Part shown: positions 13,022-23,437 of the stretch, in pieces
Layout of the letters: the number at the start of each line of letters is the position of its first letter
Position numbering within the stretch: the stretch's first letter is position 1
Source of the DNA: Nitrospinaceae bacterium
Lineage (GTDB): Bacteria; Nitrospinota_A; UBA7883; JAJDBK01
NCBI GenBank assembly: GCA_029261405.1
Contig: JAJDBK010000063.1
Span: 29,086-93,085 of the forward strand
Length of the DNA stretch: 64,000 bases
Direction: 5' to 3'
Program-made: the position numbers and the translations under genes
Notes under the pieces: generated by a model
Database searches by the model: none
What the model saw: the letters and a program-made list of their open reading frames with translations, nothing else
Told to the model about the DNA's origin: nothing

Positions 13022-14728
13022 TCAGGACACTATATCGACAATTCTGAGTTGCAGTCTGCTGTTTCCGTTGAAGTGGTTAAGCTCCGGCGTATAAACGACA
13101 TCGAAAGTTATCGCGCCACTTTTCCGCACCCTGGAGCCAAGAGAAAAACCGACCATCGAAGCGCCCCCCGCAAGATCAAGCCGAATAGTCGATCCATCTT
13201 TCCCGATGTAGCGCACATCGGTGAAATCGACCGATTTGCCGAGAAAAAGTGGCGCCCGGTTCCCTTCGCCAAAGGGCGCCAGTGGCTCGATGGCGTTGTA
13301 TTTTTCCATATTAAAAAGGGTAGGGTCGATTTCGTCGTCTATTTCGAGAACAGGTCTTGTATCGACGTTTTCCAACAATCTTGAGCATACTGCAAGGAAT
13401 CGCTCTTTCATTCGGCTATAATCTTCCTTGCGAAGGGCAAACCCCGCCGCCATCTTGTGTCCACCAAAACCTTTCAGGCATTCCGAAATCTCAGCAAGCG
13501 CGGCGGAGCAGTCGAAGCCGGGGAGACCGCGAACAGAACCCCGTCCGGTATCGCCATCGAACCCGACAATCGCCACCGGAACGCCATATCTCTCCACAAG
13601 ACCAGCGGCGACGATGCCGATCACCCCTTGCGACCAGCTATCATGCCCTAGAACAAGCGCCCGATCCGACTCCGGGTCGAAGGTTTCTTCAGCCACTTTA
13701 ATGGCGGAGGTCAGGATATCGCTCTGGATTTCTCTCCGCTTTTTGTTGATCTCTTCGAGTTCACCCGCAAGTTTTACAGCCACCCTTTTTTCGTGGGTTA
13801 ACAGGAGATCAAAAGCGATTTTCGGACACGCAAGACGACCGGCGGCGTTAATCCTTGGCGCCAGCCCGAAAGCTATCTGTTCGGAGGTGATTTTTGTTCC
13901 TGCGCCAGCGTTTTTCTTCAGGGCGGCAAGCCCCGGATTGTCCGTATTCTCGATCTCGGCAAGCCCATGCCGTACCACTATCCTGTTTTCACCAGTTAAC
14001 GGCACACAGTCGGCTACGGTAGCTAACGCCACCAGGTCGAGGTTTCGTTTCAGGTTTGGCAGGCTCTCCTTCGGCGCTCCCCGCCTGTGTAGCTCCCTGC
14101 GGACAGAAGAGCAGAGTTTGAAGGCTATCCCGGCGCCGCAAAGGTAGTTATACGGGTATTGCCCGCTATCGACATGCAGGTTGGCGATGGCGAAAGCCTC
14201 CGGCAAGGAATCGCCCTGTTTCAGGTGATGGTCGGTAATGATAACATCAAGGCCCAGCTCGTTGGCCCTTTTTGTCTCCTCCACGGCAGACACGCCGTTA
14301 TCGACGGTGACAAGGAGTTTACAGCCCACCCTGGCAATTTTTTCCACAGCGTGGACGTTTAGTCCGTATCCTTCCTTTTCCCGATCAGGAAGGTAACAGT
14401 CGGCGTTGGCGCCTACATCTCGCAGAAAACGGAGTAGAAGGGCCGAACCGGTTATGCCATCCACGTCGTAATCACCGTATACGACGATTTTTTGCTTCTC
14501 CTCTATGGCTGATACGATTCTTCCCGCAGAGGTTTTCAGGCCGGGTATAAGGTCCGGGTCGTGAAGGGCCGATAGAGGCGCAGTCAGAAAAGAAGCTACC
14601 TCCTCAGGTTCTGTAATGCCACGGTTAAGGAGGAGGCGGGCGGTTAAGCGGTCGATCTTGTGTGTGACCGAGAGTTTCGATTCTAATTCGCGGTTTTTCT
14701 TGCTAAATCTTAAAATCGCGCCTTTCAT
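13022..14728 (-). CDS. recJ: Single-stranded-DNA-specific exonuclease RecJ
   Basis: DHH motifs (VVYGDYDVDGITG, VIITDHH); DHHA1 region; 568 aa. Confidence 0.85.
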   Translation of the reverse strand: MKGAILRFSKKNRELESKLSVTHKIDRLTARLLLNRGITEPEEVASFLTAPLSALHDPDLIPGLKTSAGRIVSAIEEKQKIVVYGDYDVDGITGSALLLRFLRDVGANADCYLPDREKEGYGLNVHAVEKIARVGCKLLVTVDNGVSAVEETKRANELGLDVIITDHHLKQGDSLPEAFAIANLHVDSGQYPYNYLCGAGIAFKLCSSVRRELHRRGAPKESLPNLKRNLDLVALATVADCVPLTGENRIVVRHGLAEIENTDNPGLAALKKNAGAGTKITSEQIAFGLAPRINAAGRLACPKIAFDLLLTHEKRVAVKLAGELEEINKKRREIQSDILTSAIKVAEETFDPESDRALVLGHDSWSQGVIGIVAAGLVERYGVPVAIVGFDGDTGRGSVRGLPGFDCSAALAEISECLKGFGGHKMAAGFALRKEDYSRMKERFLAVCSRLLENVDTRPVLEIDDEIDPTLFNMEKYNAIEPLAPFGEGNRAPLFLGKSVDFTDVRYIGKDGSTIRLDLAGGASMVGFSLGSRVRKSGAITFDVVYTPELNHFNGNSRLQLRIVDIVS

Positions 14729-16197
14729 CTGGTTCCTTGCAGGTCGAAAATGGCGTCCACGATCCTGTCTTCGATTCTGTCAGCCCCGCTATACCCGCAC
14801 TTGTTGTTGTTGAGAAAGATGGAGAAAGCGTAGAGGTTTCCGCTCCTGTCGGGCGCCAGTCCGGCCAGGTTGCTTACTTTCATGAGGGAGCCTGTTTTGG
14901 CCCTGACGTACCCAAGCAGGGGAGAGCCTTTCAGTCGGTTCTTTATCGAACCTTCCATACCCATTATCCCCATCGTGGAGACGAAATCGGGCCACAGATC
15001 GAATCGTTTGTAGAGCTTTTCCATGAGGCTGGTGACGGTTTTAACGGAGAGCCTGTTCTCGCGTGACAGGCCGGAAGCGTCGGCTAATACCATTCCTTTG
15101 GTATCGACACCCGCCTCGTCAAGAAACCCTTTGAGCAGGGTAAAGGCGGTCTTGTGGGATCCGGGAGCGGAACCGCCCGCCTCCGCCGCCATGGTTTTGG
15201 TGATCTGCTCGGCGAGAAAATTGTTTGAATACCGGTGAAGTTGCCGGAGAGTATCGGCAAGCGGCTCTGATTCGTAGGTATAGAGGCTCCGTATCTTTGC
15301 CGGTACAGCATTAATGCGAACCTTCCCTTCGACCAACACGCCCGACTGAATGAAAAAATCGCGAAATACCGATCCTGCGTATTTCAACGGTTCATAGACG
15401 GTTACATACCGTTGCTTCGGTTCATCACCCGGCCTCATTTGGCCGGTAACGGTTATTTCGATCCCGTTCTTTGTTTTTCTGCGGGATATGTTAACTTCCC
15501 GACCGCCCTTATTGATTGTCTTCGATTTATTGACAAGTTTCAGGTAGGAGCTTTCCGGGTCGAGACCTACGATCAGGGGTTTGCCCGGCGCCAGCCCCGG
15601 AAAAACCGATACCGCCACGGTGTTAAAGTTGACGGAAAGGGCCGCAAGGCCTGCGTCGTAGGCTCTGGGGGAACGGTTCTTCCTCCAGGCCGGAGCCCTC
15701 GCCAGGTCGTCAAAAAACGAACCGTCAACAACGATATCTCCTGTGACACGCGCTACACCTCGTCTTTTTACCTCCTGAACGATACGCCAGACAATTTCGG
15801 GTGTCAGCTTTGGGTCGCCTCCCCCTTTCAGGACAAGGTCGCCTTCGATGGTTCTTCCGTGTCGGCGACCCGAATAGTAGACCTTCGTCTTGAATCTGTA
15901 TCCCGGAGTCAGGTAGTGCAACGCCCCGGCTGATGTCAGTAGTTTCATGACGGAAGCGGGGATCAACGGCTTTGTGGCGTTATGTTCGTAAACAGCCTTG
16001 CCTGTGGCAATTTCCACAACCCTGATCGCGGTTCTCGTCCGGTCGATACAGGACGATTTTAATGCCTTATCGACCTTTTTGGCGAAGGGGCTTGCGGCGA
16101 AGCAGTCGGGCGACAAAAGTAACGTTACGAAAATAACCGCTACGACGCGCATTGCCCAAAAACCGCAGAGACCCGGTTTAATCATCGAACGATGCAA
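14725..16197 (-). CDS. dacB: D-alanyl-D-alanine carboxypeptidase/endopeptidase (PBP4, S13 family)
   Basis: SVMKL active-site serine motif and SNNFLAEQ; signal peptide; 490 aa. Confidence 0.75.
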   Translation of the reverse strand: MHRSMIKPGLCGFWAMRVVAVIFVTLLLSPDCFAASPFAKKVDKALKSSCIDRTRTAIRVVEIATGKAVYEHNATKPLIPASVMKLLTSAGALHYLTPGYRFKTKVYYSGRRHGRTIEGDLVLKGGGDPKLTPEIVWRIVQEVKRRGVARVTGDIVVDGSFFDDLARAPAWRKNRSPRAYDAGLAALSVNFNTVAVSVFPGLAPGKPLIVGLDPESSYLKLVNKSKTINKGGREVNISRRKTKNGIEITVTGQMRPGDEPKQRYVTVYEPLKYAGSVFRDFFIQSGVLVEGKVRINAVPAKIRSLYTYESEPLADTLRQLHRYSNNFLAEQITKTMAAEAGGSAPGSHKTAFTLLKGFLDEAGVDTKGMVLADASGLSRENRLSVKTVTSLMEKLYKRFDLWPDFVSTMGIMGMEGSIKNRLKGSPLLGYVRAKTGSLMKVSNLAGLAPDRSGNLYAFSIFLNNNKCGYSGADRIEDRIVDAIFDLQGTR

Positions 16198-17150
16198 GCG
16201 GAGTTATGTCCGGGTGAGCGTTCGGTAAGAGCGGGTACGATTTTTTCGCAATCAGTAATCTTCAGAGGACAGCGGGTGTGGAACACACATCCTGAAGGTG
16301 GATTCATGGGTGAGGGAACATCCCCTTCGAGTTTGATCCGGTTTCCCTTCTTTAGAGGGTCTGGCGTGGGGGTAGCCGAAAGCAAGGCTTCAGTGTAGGG
16401 GTGGGCCGGATTTGAATAGACCGCTCCCGCCTCTCCGATCTCCACAATTTTCCCGAGATACATAACCGCTACGTCATCGCATATCTTTTCAACCACTGAC
16501 AGGTCGTGGGATATAAAAAGGTAGGCCATCTTCCGTTTGTCTTTAAGGTCGGTCAGTAGATTAATGACCTGAGCCTGAATCGACACGTCGAGGGCCGAGA
16601 CCGGCTCGTCGCACACCACAAGCTCCGGGTTTAACGCTATGGCTCTGGCGATTCCGATTCGTTGGCGCTGACCACCTGAAAACTCGTGCGGGTACCTGCT
16701 GACCGCCTCGGAACCCAAACCGACGCTTTCGAGCAGGTCAACAGCCATCTGTAACCGATCCTTTTTCGCCCCCACCCGGTGTATATGGTACGGCTCTGTG
16801 ACGATAGCGCCGACCGTCATCCTGGGATTAAGAGACGCATACGGGTCCTGAAAAACTATCTGCATCCGTTTCCGCAAGGATCGCATTTCGCCTGTGGAGA
16901 GAGAGAAGATATCTGTCCCCTTGAAACTGACCGAGCCTTCCGTCAGGTCAAGTAATCGGAGGGCAAGTTTGCCGGTGGTCGATTTTCCACAACCAGACTC
17001 GCCCACAAGGCCCAGGGTTTTCCCGTAGCCCAGATCAAAATCGATTCCGTCTACAGCCCTGACATGCCCTGTGACCCGCGAAAAAACACCCCCTTTTACC
17101 GGAAAATGTTTCTTCAAATTTCTTACACTTAGCAATTGTCCGTTTTCCAT
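16182..17150 (-). CDS. ABC transporter ATP-binding protein, oligopeptide/dipeptide (OppF/DppF-like); no cognate permease adjacent
   Basis: Walker A GESGCGKST; signature LSGGQRQR; Walker B LVVCDEP; C-terminal oligopeptide-type extension. Confidence 0.8.
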   Translation of the reverse strand: MENGQLLSVRNLKKHFPVKGGVFSRVTGHVRAVDGIDFDLGYGKTLGLVGESGCGKSTTGKLALRLLDLTEGSVSFKGTDIFSLSTGEMRSLRKRMQIVFQDPYASLNPRMTVGAIVTEPYHIHRVGAKKDRLQMAVDLLESVGLGSEAVSRYPHEFSGGQRQRIGIARAIALNPELVVCDEPVSALDVSIQAQVINLLTDLKDKRKMAYLFISHDLSVVEKICDDVAVMYLGKIVEIGEAGAVYSNPAHPYTEALLSATPTPDPLKKGNRIKLEGDVPSPMNPPSGCVFHTRCPLKITDCEKIVPALTERSPGHNSACIVR

Positions 17151-17305
17151 AACGAATTATGTATGCGAACAGCATGGTTTTGTCAATCGGTCATCATTCG
17201 GTCCGTATTGGCCCGATGATTCGAGCCATGTTGACGAACAGCTATAAACCTTGTCATAATGCGGTTTTAATAAATTACATCATTTTCCTAAGGGGGATGG
17301 CTGGT

Positions 17306-18601
17306 ATGCGAAAACAAGCTTTCTATTTTCTGGCGTTGGCGCTGGTCATGGCTCCAGGTTTCGCCACTGCGGCAGGTTTCAGGGTAGTGGAACAGGGGAA
17401 CATGGCTCAGGGTATGGCCCACGCCGTTACGGCCAGCGTTTCGGACGCTTCGTCCGTCTATTACAACCCGGCGGCCATGGTTAATATTGAAAAATACGCT
17501 GTTTCAACCGGTTTCCAGTTTGTAGATCCTAAAACGGAATATAGCGGGGCGGGAGGTGACGTTGAGACATCGAACACTACATTCGCCATACCACACCTCT
17601 ATCTGGTGAAGAGTTTTCAGGATAGTGGTCTCTCAGTAGGGTTCGGTTTATTCGCAAACTTCGGACTCGGCTCCACCTGGTCCGATGGCGGACCATTCAA
17701 CTATACCGCCACCGACACACAGCTACAAACCCACACACTGAACCTTAATGTCGCAAAGAAGTTTGGTGACAAACTCTCTGTTGCCGTTGGGGTCAACCAT
17801 ATGACCTCCGAAGTCACTTATAAATCTATGTACCCCTTCGGTTATATCGTGCCAGGCTCCGCTCCCGGCTACCAGATCCTGACCGGAGACGGAACCGGAT
17901 TCGGATTCAACGTGGCTCTCCTTTACGAAGTCTCCGAAAGGGTAAAGGTCGCATTCACATACAGATCTAAAGTCTCTACCACGTTGTCGGGAGATTTTAC
18001 AGTGGAAAACTGGCCGACCGCGCTTCAGGGGCTACTGGCACTCAAGGGAATTTCGGGAGACGATTACAAAACATTGGGTGAAGTCGATCTCGAATATCCC
18101 GATATCACTGTGTTGGGTGTCTCCTTTCAGGCCACAGACAGGCTGTTACTCGAACTCGACCTTGACCACACAGGCTGGTCCTCCTACGATCAGCTCGATT
18201 TTGTCTTCGGGGATTCAGTGGTAGCGCCCACCGGGGCCACACTGTTACCGAAATCGTCAAGCTCGGAAAAGAACTGGAATAACGTCATGGCCATCAGGGT
18301 CGGAGGAGCCTACAGCTATACGGAGCAACTGACATTACGATCCGGCTTCTATTACGACCCTACTCCCATACCGGACGAGACTTTTGAACCGAGGCTTCCG
18401 GGGTCGAACCGATACCTTGTGGCTATCGGCGCAGGGTACAAGGCTACCGATAATTTTACCGTTGACGCCTCTTTCTCTCGCATATGGTCCGATTCAAGGG
18501 ATATCGACAACGATATCGGGGACTCCCTGAATCAACCAATAGATGGTAAATACTCAACAGCGCTCAACATTTTCGGAATAAGCTTCGGTTATCTCTTTTA
18601 A
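17306..18601 (+). CDS. Outer membrane transport protein, OMPP1/FadL/TodX family
   Basis: Signal peptide MRKQAFYFLALALVMAPGFATAAGF; FadL N-terminal pattern QGMAHAVTA...YYNPAAM; C-terminal Phe. I placed the start at 17306 (GGGGGA RBS 8 nt upstream) rather than the ORF-track start of 17159. Confidence 0.65.
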   Translation: MRKQAFYFLALALVMAPGFATAAGFRVVEQGNMAQGMAHAVTASVSDASSVYYNPAAMVNIEKYAVSTGFQFVDPKTEYSGAGGDVETSNTTFAIPHLYLVKSFQDSGLSVGFGLFANFGLGSTWSDGGPFNYTATDTQLQTHTLNLNVAKKFGDKLSVAVGVNHMTSEVTYKSMYPFGYIVPGSAPGYQILTGDGTGFGFNVALLYEVSERVKVAFTYRSKVSTTLSGDFTVENWPTALQGLLALKGISGDDYKTLGEVDLEYPDITVLGVSFQATDRLLLELDLDHTGWSSYDQLDFVFGDSVVAPTGATLLPKSSSSEKNWNNVMAIRVGGAYSYTEQLTLRSGFYYDPTPIPDETFEPRLPGSNRYLVAIGAGYKATDNFTVDASFSRIWSDSRDIDNDIGDSLNQPIDGKYSTALNIFGISFGYLF

Positions 18602-18628
18602 GGGGGGAACCCGGGACAATCGAGTCGC

Positions 18629-19072
18629 ATGAGTTCTAAACCAAAGAAGGTCAAGGTTATGGAACTTGCCATCGGCGGCAAGTACTTAACCCCGCTCGAT
18701 ATAAAGAAAATGGGGGTGACTCCACCCGAAGTGACCGACGAACAGAGGGTGGAGGCGGTGGGTAAACTGCTCGATTTTTGCATGACCAACGCTGATCTAT
18801 CGCAAATCATCGCCTCGACAAACTCCAAAAAGGAGACGTTGAACGAGGTTTTTGAAACTCTCGAACTAAACGGCGCCTGTTACTGGGTCGGTGGCTCTTA
18901 TGTCCCCGTCGGGGCGCTGGTCGATCCGTACACCCTCTCCTACTGCCTGGAGGCGAAGAACCGTGACCTGTTCAACAGCCTTGTCATTAATCAGGTTCTC
19001 GGTTATTTCGATGGGCTTACAAAACGGCTCCTTTTTCCGGACGAACGGGAAAAGCTCATCAAGAAGAGATAA
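18629..19072 (+). CDS. Hypothetical protein, upstream of ABC-2 transporter genes
   Basis: 147 aa ORF directly upstream of the ABC-2 ATPase gene; no recognisable motif. Confidence 0.4.
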   Translation: MSSKPKKVKVMELAIGGKYLTPLDIKKMGVTPPEVTDEQRVEAVGKLLDFCMTNADLSQIIASTNSKKETLNEVFETLELNGACYWVGGSYVPVGALVDPYTLSYCLEAKNRDLFNSLVINQVLGYFDGLTKRLLFPDEREKLIKKR

Positions 19073-19092
19073 ACACCTTTTGATCTTCAGTT

Positions 19093-20124
19093 GTGCCGGA
19101 TAAACCGTTAATCAAGGTCGATAACCTCGTGCGGGAGTTTTCCGTCGCAGAGGGTGAAAGCGGATTTTTGGGTTCTATCAAGAATCTTTTCTCGCGGAAA
19201 AAGAGTATCAAACGGGCGGTGGATAACGTCTCGTTTTCTATCAATCCGGGAGAGTTCGTCGGCCTTGTGGGAGAGAATGGCGCCGGTAAATCGACCACTA
19301 TCAAAATCCTCACCGGGATTCTGGTCCCCACTTCAGGTTCTGTCGATGTGTCTGGAATCGTACCTTACGAAAACCGGAAGGAGAACTCGAAAAACATCGG
19401 CGTAGTCTTTGGTCAGCGGACCCAGCTCTGGTGGGATCTTCCGGTGCGGGAGTCGTTCGATCTTCTCCGCTCTATCTTTCGTGTGCCGGACGAGATCTTT
19501 CATGAAAACTTTAAGGAGATAACCGAAGTTCTCGACCTGGGCCCACTATTGAAAGTTCCTGTGCGAAAACTCTCGCTGGGCCAGCGGATGCGTTGCGATA
19601 TGGCGGCGGCCCTGATACACAGTCCCAGGATCCTTTTCCTCGACGAACCTACCATCGGCCTCGACATTTTGGCCAAAGAACATGTCCGGGCGTTTCTGAA
19701 AAAGATAAATGATGAGCGGGGTGTCACCATCATCCTGACCACACACGACATGGACGATATCGAAACGTTGTGCAATCGGATAATGATCCTCGACGAAGGG
19801 GTCATAGTCTACGACGGGCCGACGGAAACCTTGAAAGAACGATACGTCAATGAAAAGATTCTCAAAATAGAGTTCGACGGTATCGGCGACGATGAGATTC
19901 TCACACCTCATATCACCACCGTAAAAAAAGAGGGGAATATCCGATGGCTCTCCTTTAAAAAAGATGAAACGAATATACAAAGTGTCATCACAAAGATTCT
20001 GGGTGAATATTGCGTCAAGGATATCGCCATTCATGAACCGAAAGTGGAAGACATAGTAAAGAACATCTACTCCACCGGAAACAGCGAGGCGGCCAAACGC
20101 AGGTCTGGAGCCGTAGCCCCTTGA
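19093..20124 (+). CDS. ABC transporter ATP-binding protein (ABC-2 type)
   Basis: Walker A GENGAGKST; signature variant LSLGQRMR; Walker B LFLDEPT. Confidence 0.8.
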   Translation: MPDKPLIKVDNLVREFSVAEGESGFLGSIKNLFSRKKSIKRAVDNVSFSINPGEFVGLVGENGAGKSTTIKILTGILVPTSGSVDVSGIVPYENRKENSKNIGVVFGQRTQLWWDLPVRESFDLLRSIFRVPDEIFHENFKEITEVLDLGPLLKVPVRKLSLGQRMRCDMAAALIHSPRILFLDEPTIGLDILAKEHVRAFLKKINDERGVTIILTTHDMDDIETLCNRIMILDEGVIVYDGPTETLKERYVNEKILKIEFDGIGDDEILTPHITTVKKEGNIRWLSFKKDETNIQSVITKILGEYCVKDIAIHEPKVEDIVKNIYSTGNSEAAKRRSGAVAP

Positions 20125-20954
20125 TCGAAACTGTTCTGTCGGAGAAGAGGCGTAACGTCTATCTTAATTTCGCCGCAAAGTCGTTCCAGAAACAACTGGC
20201 GTACAAGTTTGAATATTTTGTCGGTGTATTAAACGGTCTTCTTTTCATATTTGTCTTTACGTCGCTCTGGAAAGGGATTTACGAACACTCCACATCCTCG
20301 GCCATTGCCGAAGGGGTGTCGTTCAGCAAAGAACAGATGCAGACCTACGCGGTCTACGCCATACTGTTTCGCATATCGATGACCATGGACGATAACTCCA
20401 TCACCCAGAAGGTGCGAACCGGCGCCATCAGCATGGACCTTATCAAGCCGGTTAATTTTTTCTTCATGAGCTTGTCGGAAAATCTGGGGCAGACGATGTT
20501 CCACTGGTTCACAAGGGTGATCCCCGTTCTTATGGTGACCCTTGTCATGTTTGAGGCGCCTTTGCCAACAGGTATATCCAACTACGCGCTTGCAATGGTG
20601 GCGTGGGTTTTCGGATATTTAATTATGGTCACTCTCAACTTCGCTGTCGGACTGCTGGCGTTCTGGTTTATCGAGACTTTCAGTTTTCAGCTTATGAAAT
20701 ACGGATTGATAACCCTCTTCTCGGGTGGAATTCTTCCCATCGATTTTTTCCCCGAGTGGCTTAAACCGACCGTAGCCATGTTGCCGTTCCAATATATTCT
20801 CTACGTCCCGACATCGATTTTTATCGGGCATATTGACGGCGGGGCCGCTCTCTCCATGATCGCCCTGCAAGGGGTGTGGGTTGCGCTTCTCGGCCTGATC
20901 TGTTTTACCATGTGGAGAGCGGGCCAGAAAAAGCTGATCGTCCAGGGGGGGTAG
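20121..20954 (+). CDS. ABC-2 family transporter permease
   Basis: Six predicted TM helices; start overlaps the ATPase stop (translational coupling). Confidence 0.6.
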   Translation: MIETVLSEKRRNVYLNFAAKSFQKQLAYKFEYFVGVLNGLLFIFVFTSLWKGIYEHSTSSAIAEGVSFSKEQMQTYAVYAILFRISMTMDDNSITQKVRTGAISMDLIKPVNFFFMSLSENLGQTMFHWFTRVIPVLMVTLVMFEAPLPTGISNYALAMVAWVFGYLIMVTLNFAVGLLAFWFIETFSFQLMKYGLITLFSGGILPIDFFPEWLKPTVAMLPFQYILYVPTSIFIGHIDGGAALSMIALQGVWVALLGLICFTMWRAGQKKLIVQGG

Positions 20955-21758
20955 GTGGATACTTTTTCGATCTATCTACGTCTGATGACAGCCTCGGTCA
21001 TGGCGAAGATGGAATACAAGTTCTCCTTTTTCTTCATGCTCTTCGCCTTGTCCTGGTACTACATCGGCCAGATCGGTGTGATACTGGTTGTGCTGAACAA
21101 ATTCAACACTATCAACGGCTGGACGTTAGGCGAGATGGCGTTTCTCTACGGACTGATGGTCTTCAGTCAGGCGTTGACGACCTTTATCTTCTCTTCGCTA
21201 AACCATTTCGAGGGACAGATCATTGAAGGAACTTTCGACCGCTTGTTGCTGAGGCCCCTTAGTCCGTTAGGGCAGATTCTTGCCGGGAACTTCGACTTAA
21301 GCTCCATCGCACACCTGCTTATCGGCTCCGTTGCGCTATATTACGGCTCGACGATGGCGAATATCGACTGGACCTTCGACAAGATACTATTTTTTATGCT
21401 GGTAATAACCGGGGCGGCCCTGATCCAGGGGGGCATAAGGATCGCCGTGTCGGCTGTGACTTTCTGGACGTTGCGGAACCGTTCGCTTGTGCATATCCTG
21501 ATATTCAGCTCGAAGGAGTTTATCCTATATCCGGTTTCGATTTTCAACCAATGGGTCCAGATATTCCTGACGGTTGTTTTCCCTATAGCCTTTATAAACT
21601 TCTATCCGAGCCACTACTTTCTGGACAAGGAGACGGGCGATCTTCTGTTTCATCCTGCGATCCAGTATATGACTCCTGTAGTGGGCATTATCGTATTCGC
21701 CCTCTCGTTCCTCCTCTGGAGAACCGGGATCAATCGATACCAGAGCGTCGGTAACTGA
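20955..21758 (+). CDS. ABC-2 family transporter permease (second subunit)
   Basis: Multi-TM protein paralogous in architecture to the preceding permease. Confidence 0.6.
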   Translation: MDTFSIYLRLMTASVMAKMEYKFSFFFMLFALSWYYIGQIGVILVVLNKFNTINGWTLGEMAFLYGLMVFSQALTTFIFSSLNHFEGQIIEGTFDRLLLRPLSPLGQILAGNFDLSSIAHLLIGSVALYYGSTMANIDWTFDKILFFMLVITGAALIQGGIRIAVSAVTFWTLRNRSLVHILIFSSKEFILYPVSIFNQWVQIFLTVVFPIAFINFYPSHYFLDKETGDLLFHPAIQYMTPVVGIIVFALSFLLWRTGINRYQSVGN

Positions 21759-21855
21759 GCGGCTATCCGATATCAACTCTTCCAATTCATAAGTTTGTTG
21801 TTCTAAATGTTAATTCTGTTATACTGCCGCTGTTGTTCTGGGGGGGGCCAGATGG

Positions 21856-22500
21856 ATGACATTACACATAACTGGGCAAAATATGCGATTCCTTCCTGTT
21901 ATCGGATGCTTGCTGATCTGTTTTGTCGTGAGCGCTTGTTCTTCTGTGGGGACACTGACTCATTCGTTAAAGCTGGTTGAAACACCAGATCAAGACTCTG
22001 GAACTGGTAGAGAATACAACGCCATAACAATTTCAGGGGCGGATGCGAGTAACGGTCGTTTTTCCGATGAACATATAGAAATCGTCTGGACTGTGAATTA
22101 CAGTCACTTATCTTTTACGTTGACCAACAAGACAGATAAATCGATCCTGGTTGTTTGGGATGAAGCGACTTATGTGGACGTATCGGGGAACAACAGCCGT
22201 GCAATACATTATGGTGTGAAGTATGCCGATAAAGCCTTAAGTCAACCACCAAGTGTGATAATCAAGCGTAGCAAACTTGAGGATGTTATTGTGCCGACAA
22301 ATAATATCCACTTCTTACAGGGGTGGACCATAAGACCACTTTTCAAGGGTTTGTTTCACTCGGATCGCGGAGAAGTGGAGAAGAATTGCGCTATGTACAA
22401 GGGCAAAGACCATCGTGTACTATTGCCGCTTAACATTCTCGGGAAACGTACTGAATACCTTTTTACTTTCGAGATTTCCGATTGCAAACTTCGTAAATAG
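21856..22500 (+). CDS. Hypothetical lipoprotein (AT-richer gene)
   Basis: Signal peptide with lipobox VVSAC|SS; alternative start at 21883; noticeably lower GC than the flanks by eye. Confidence 0.5.
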   Translation: MTLHITGQNMRFLPVIGCLLICFVVSACSSVGTLTHSLKLVETPDQDSGTGREYNAITISGADASNGRFSDEHIEIVWTVNYSHLSFTLTNKTDKSILVVWDEATYVDVSGNNSRAIHYGVKYADKALSQPPSVIIKRSKLEDVIVPTNNIHFLQGWTIRPLFKGLFHSDRGEVEKNCAMYKGKDHRVLLPLNILGKRTEYLFTFEISDCKLRK

Positions 22501-22535
22501 ATCTTACACCGACACCCCAATCCGGTTGAGCGAAT

Positions 22536-23420
22536 TTAAAGCCGCACCGTCTCTTCATCGACATAATCAAGCGATCTGATGTCGTCGGGCGGTGGGAAGA
22601 TCATCTTGCTCCGGTCGTGGGTTCCTCTTCTTTTGTCGTTTCTTCTCATGCTCTTGGAGTTGATTGTATTGTCGGTGCCAACCGGATCGTAACCGAGACA
22701 GACCGCGCTCTCCATGTTAACGAGCAGATCGATTATCAGGTTTATGGCAAGGTTGTTCATGGCGATAACATATTTCTTCGGCATGCGCGCATCGCCGTTG
22801 TATGAGCTTTCCACCTTCTCGCGCCAGATGGTTAAATCGGTGAGGTGGACCGAGCGCGCAAAAACCATCTTCTTTGCCGAAAAGCCAAGTTTATTGCGAC
22901 TTACCACCTGTTTTATAAGCGTATCGCTCTCTTTGTTTCTCCTCGTTACAACTTCTGAAGCGAGCTTCCAGAAGTCCTTTTTCACCAACCGGTCCGCGCG
23001 ATACTCCCAATAGACGTGGCCGAGCCGTTTTGAAGTCGGCGTGGAATAGAGCATGTTCGGTATCAGATAGTTGTGGGCGATCACATCTGCGGCGAGGTGT
23101 GACATATAACCGTATGCGTAGGCTTTCGCCTTCTCATCCTCAGCGCCTTTGAGAACCTCAAAACCGACGCTCCAGTTGTGGCAATGATCGTCCCTGCGCT
23201 GGTACCCCTTGCCGATGAATATATCGGCGCTTACACATCCGTAGAGATAATCGAGCGGATACTCCATAAGAAACCCGGCGATCTCCGGCCTGATCATCGC
23301 AAGGTTATTCAGGATAAAACTTCCTTGCGAAATATGGATTCCAGCCCCCCACGCAAAAGCGTCTCCGGGAAAGAGAAGAACGCCAATCACCGTGATAGAA
23401 AAAAACGAGGTTCTTCGCAT
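22536..23420 (-). CDS. Zinc-dependent phospholipase C / S1-P1 nuclease superfamily protein, secreted
   Basis: Signal peptide then WGAGIH at the mature N-terminus (the Trp-1 zinc ligand pattern); HLAADVIAHN His/Asp cluster. Confidence 0.5.
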   Translation of the reverse strand: MRRTSFFSITVIGVLLFPGDAFAWGAGIHISQGSFILNNLAMIRPEIAGFLMEYPLDYLYGCVSADIFIGKGYQRRDDHCHNWSVGFEVLKGAEDEKAKAYAYGYMSHLAADVIAHNYLIPNMLYSTPTSKRLGHVYWEYRADRLVKKDFWKLASEVVTRRNKESDTLIKQVVSRNKLGFSAKKMVFARSVHLTDLTIWREKVESSYNGDARMPKKYVIAMNNLAINLIIDLLVNMESAVCLGYDPVGTDNTINSKSMRRNDKRRGTHDRSKMIFPPPDDIRSLDYVDEETVRL

Positions 23421-23437
23421 GATCGTAAGTTACGCTT

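Noticed and set aside
13428-14147. 239-aa ORF antisense to recJ, and other long antisense ORFs (for example 42541..43104, 51210..51602, 35846..36286, 9514..9798)
   Set aside because: They overlap strongly supported genes on the opposite strand. They have low-complexity, Arg/Ser/Pro-rich composition typical of GC-rich antisense frames. They have no RBS or motifs.
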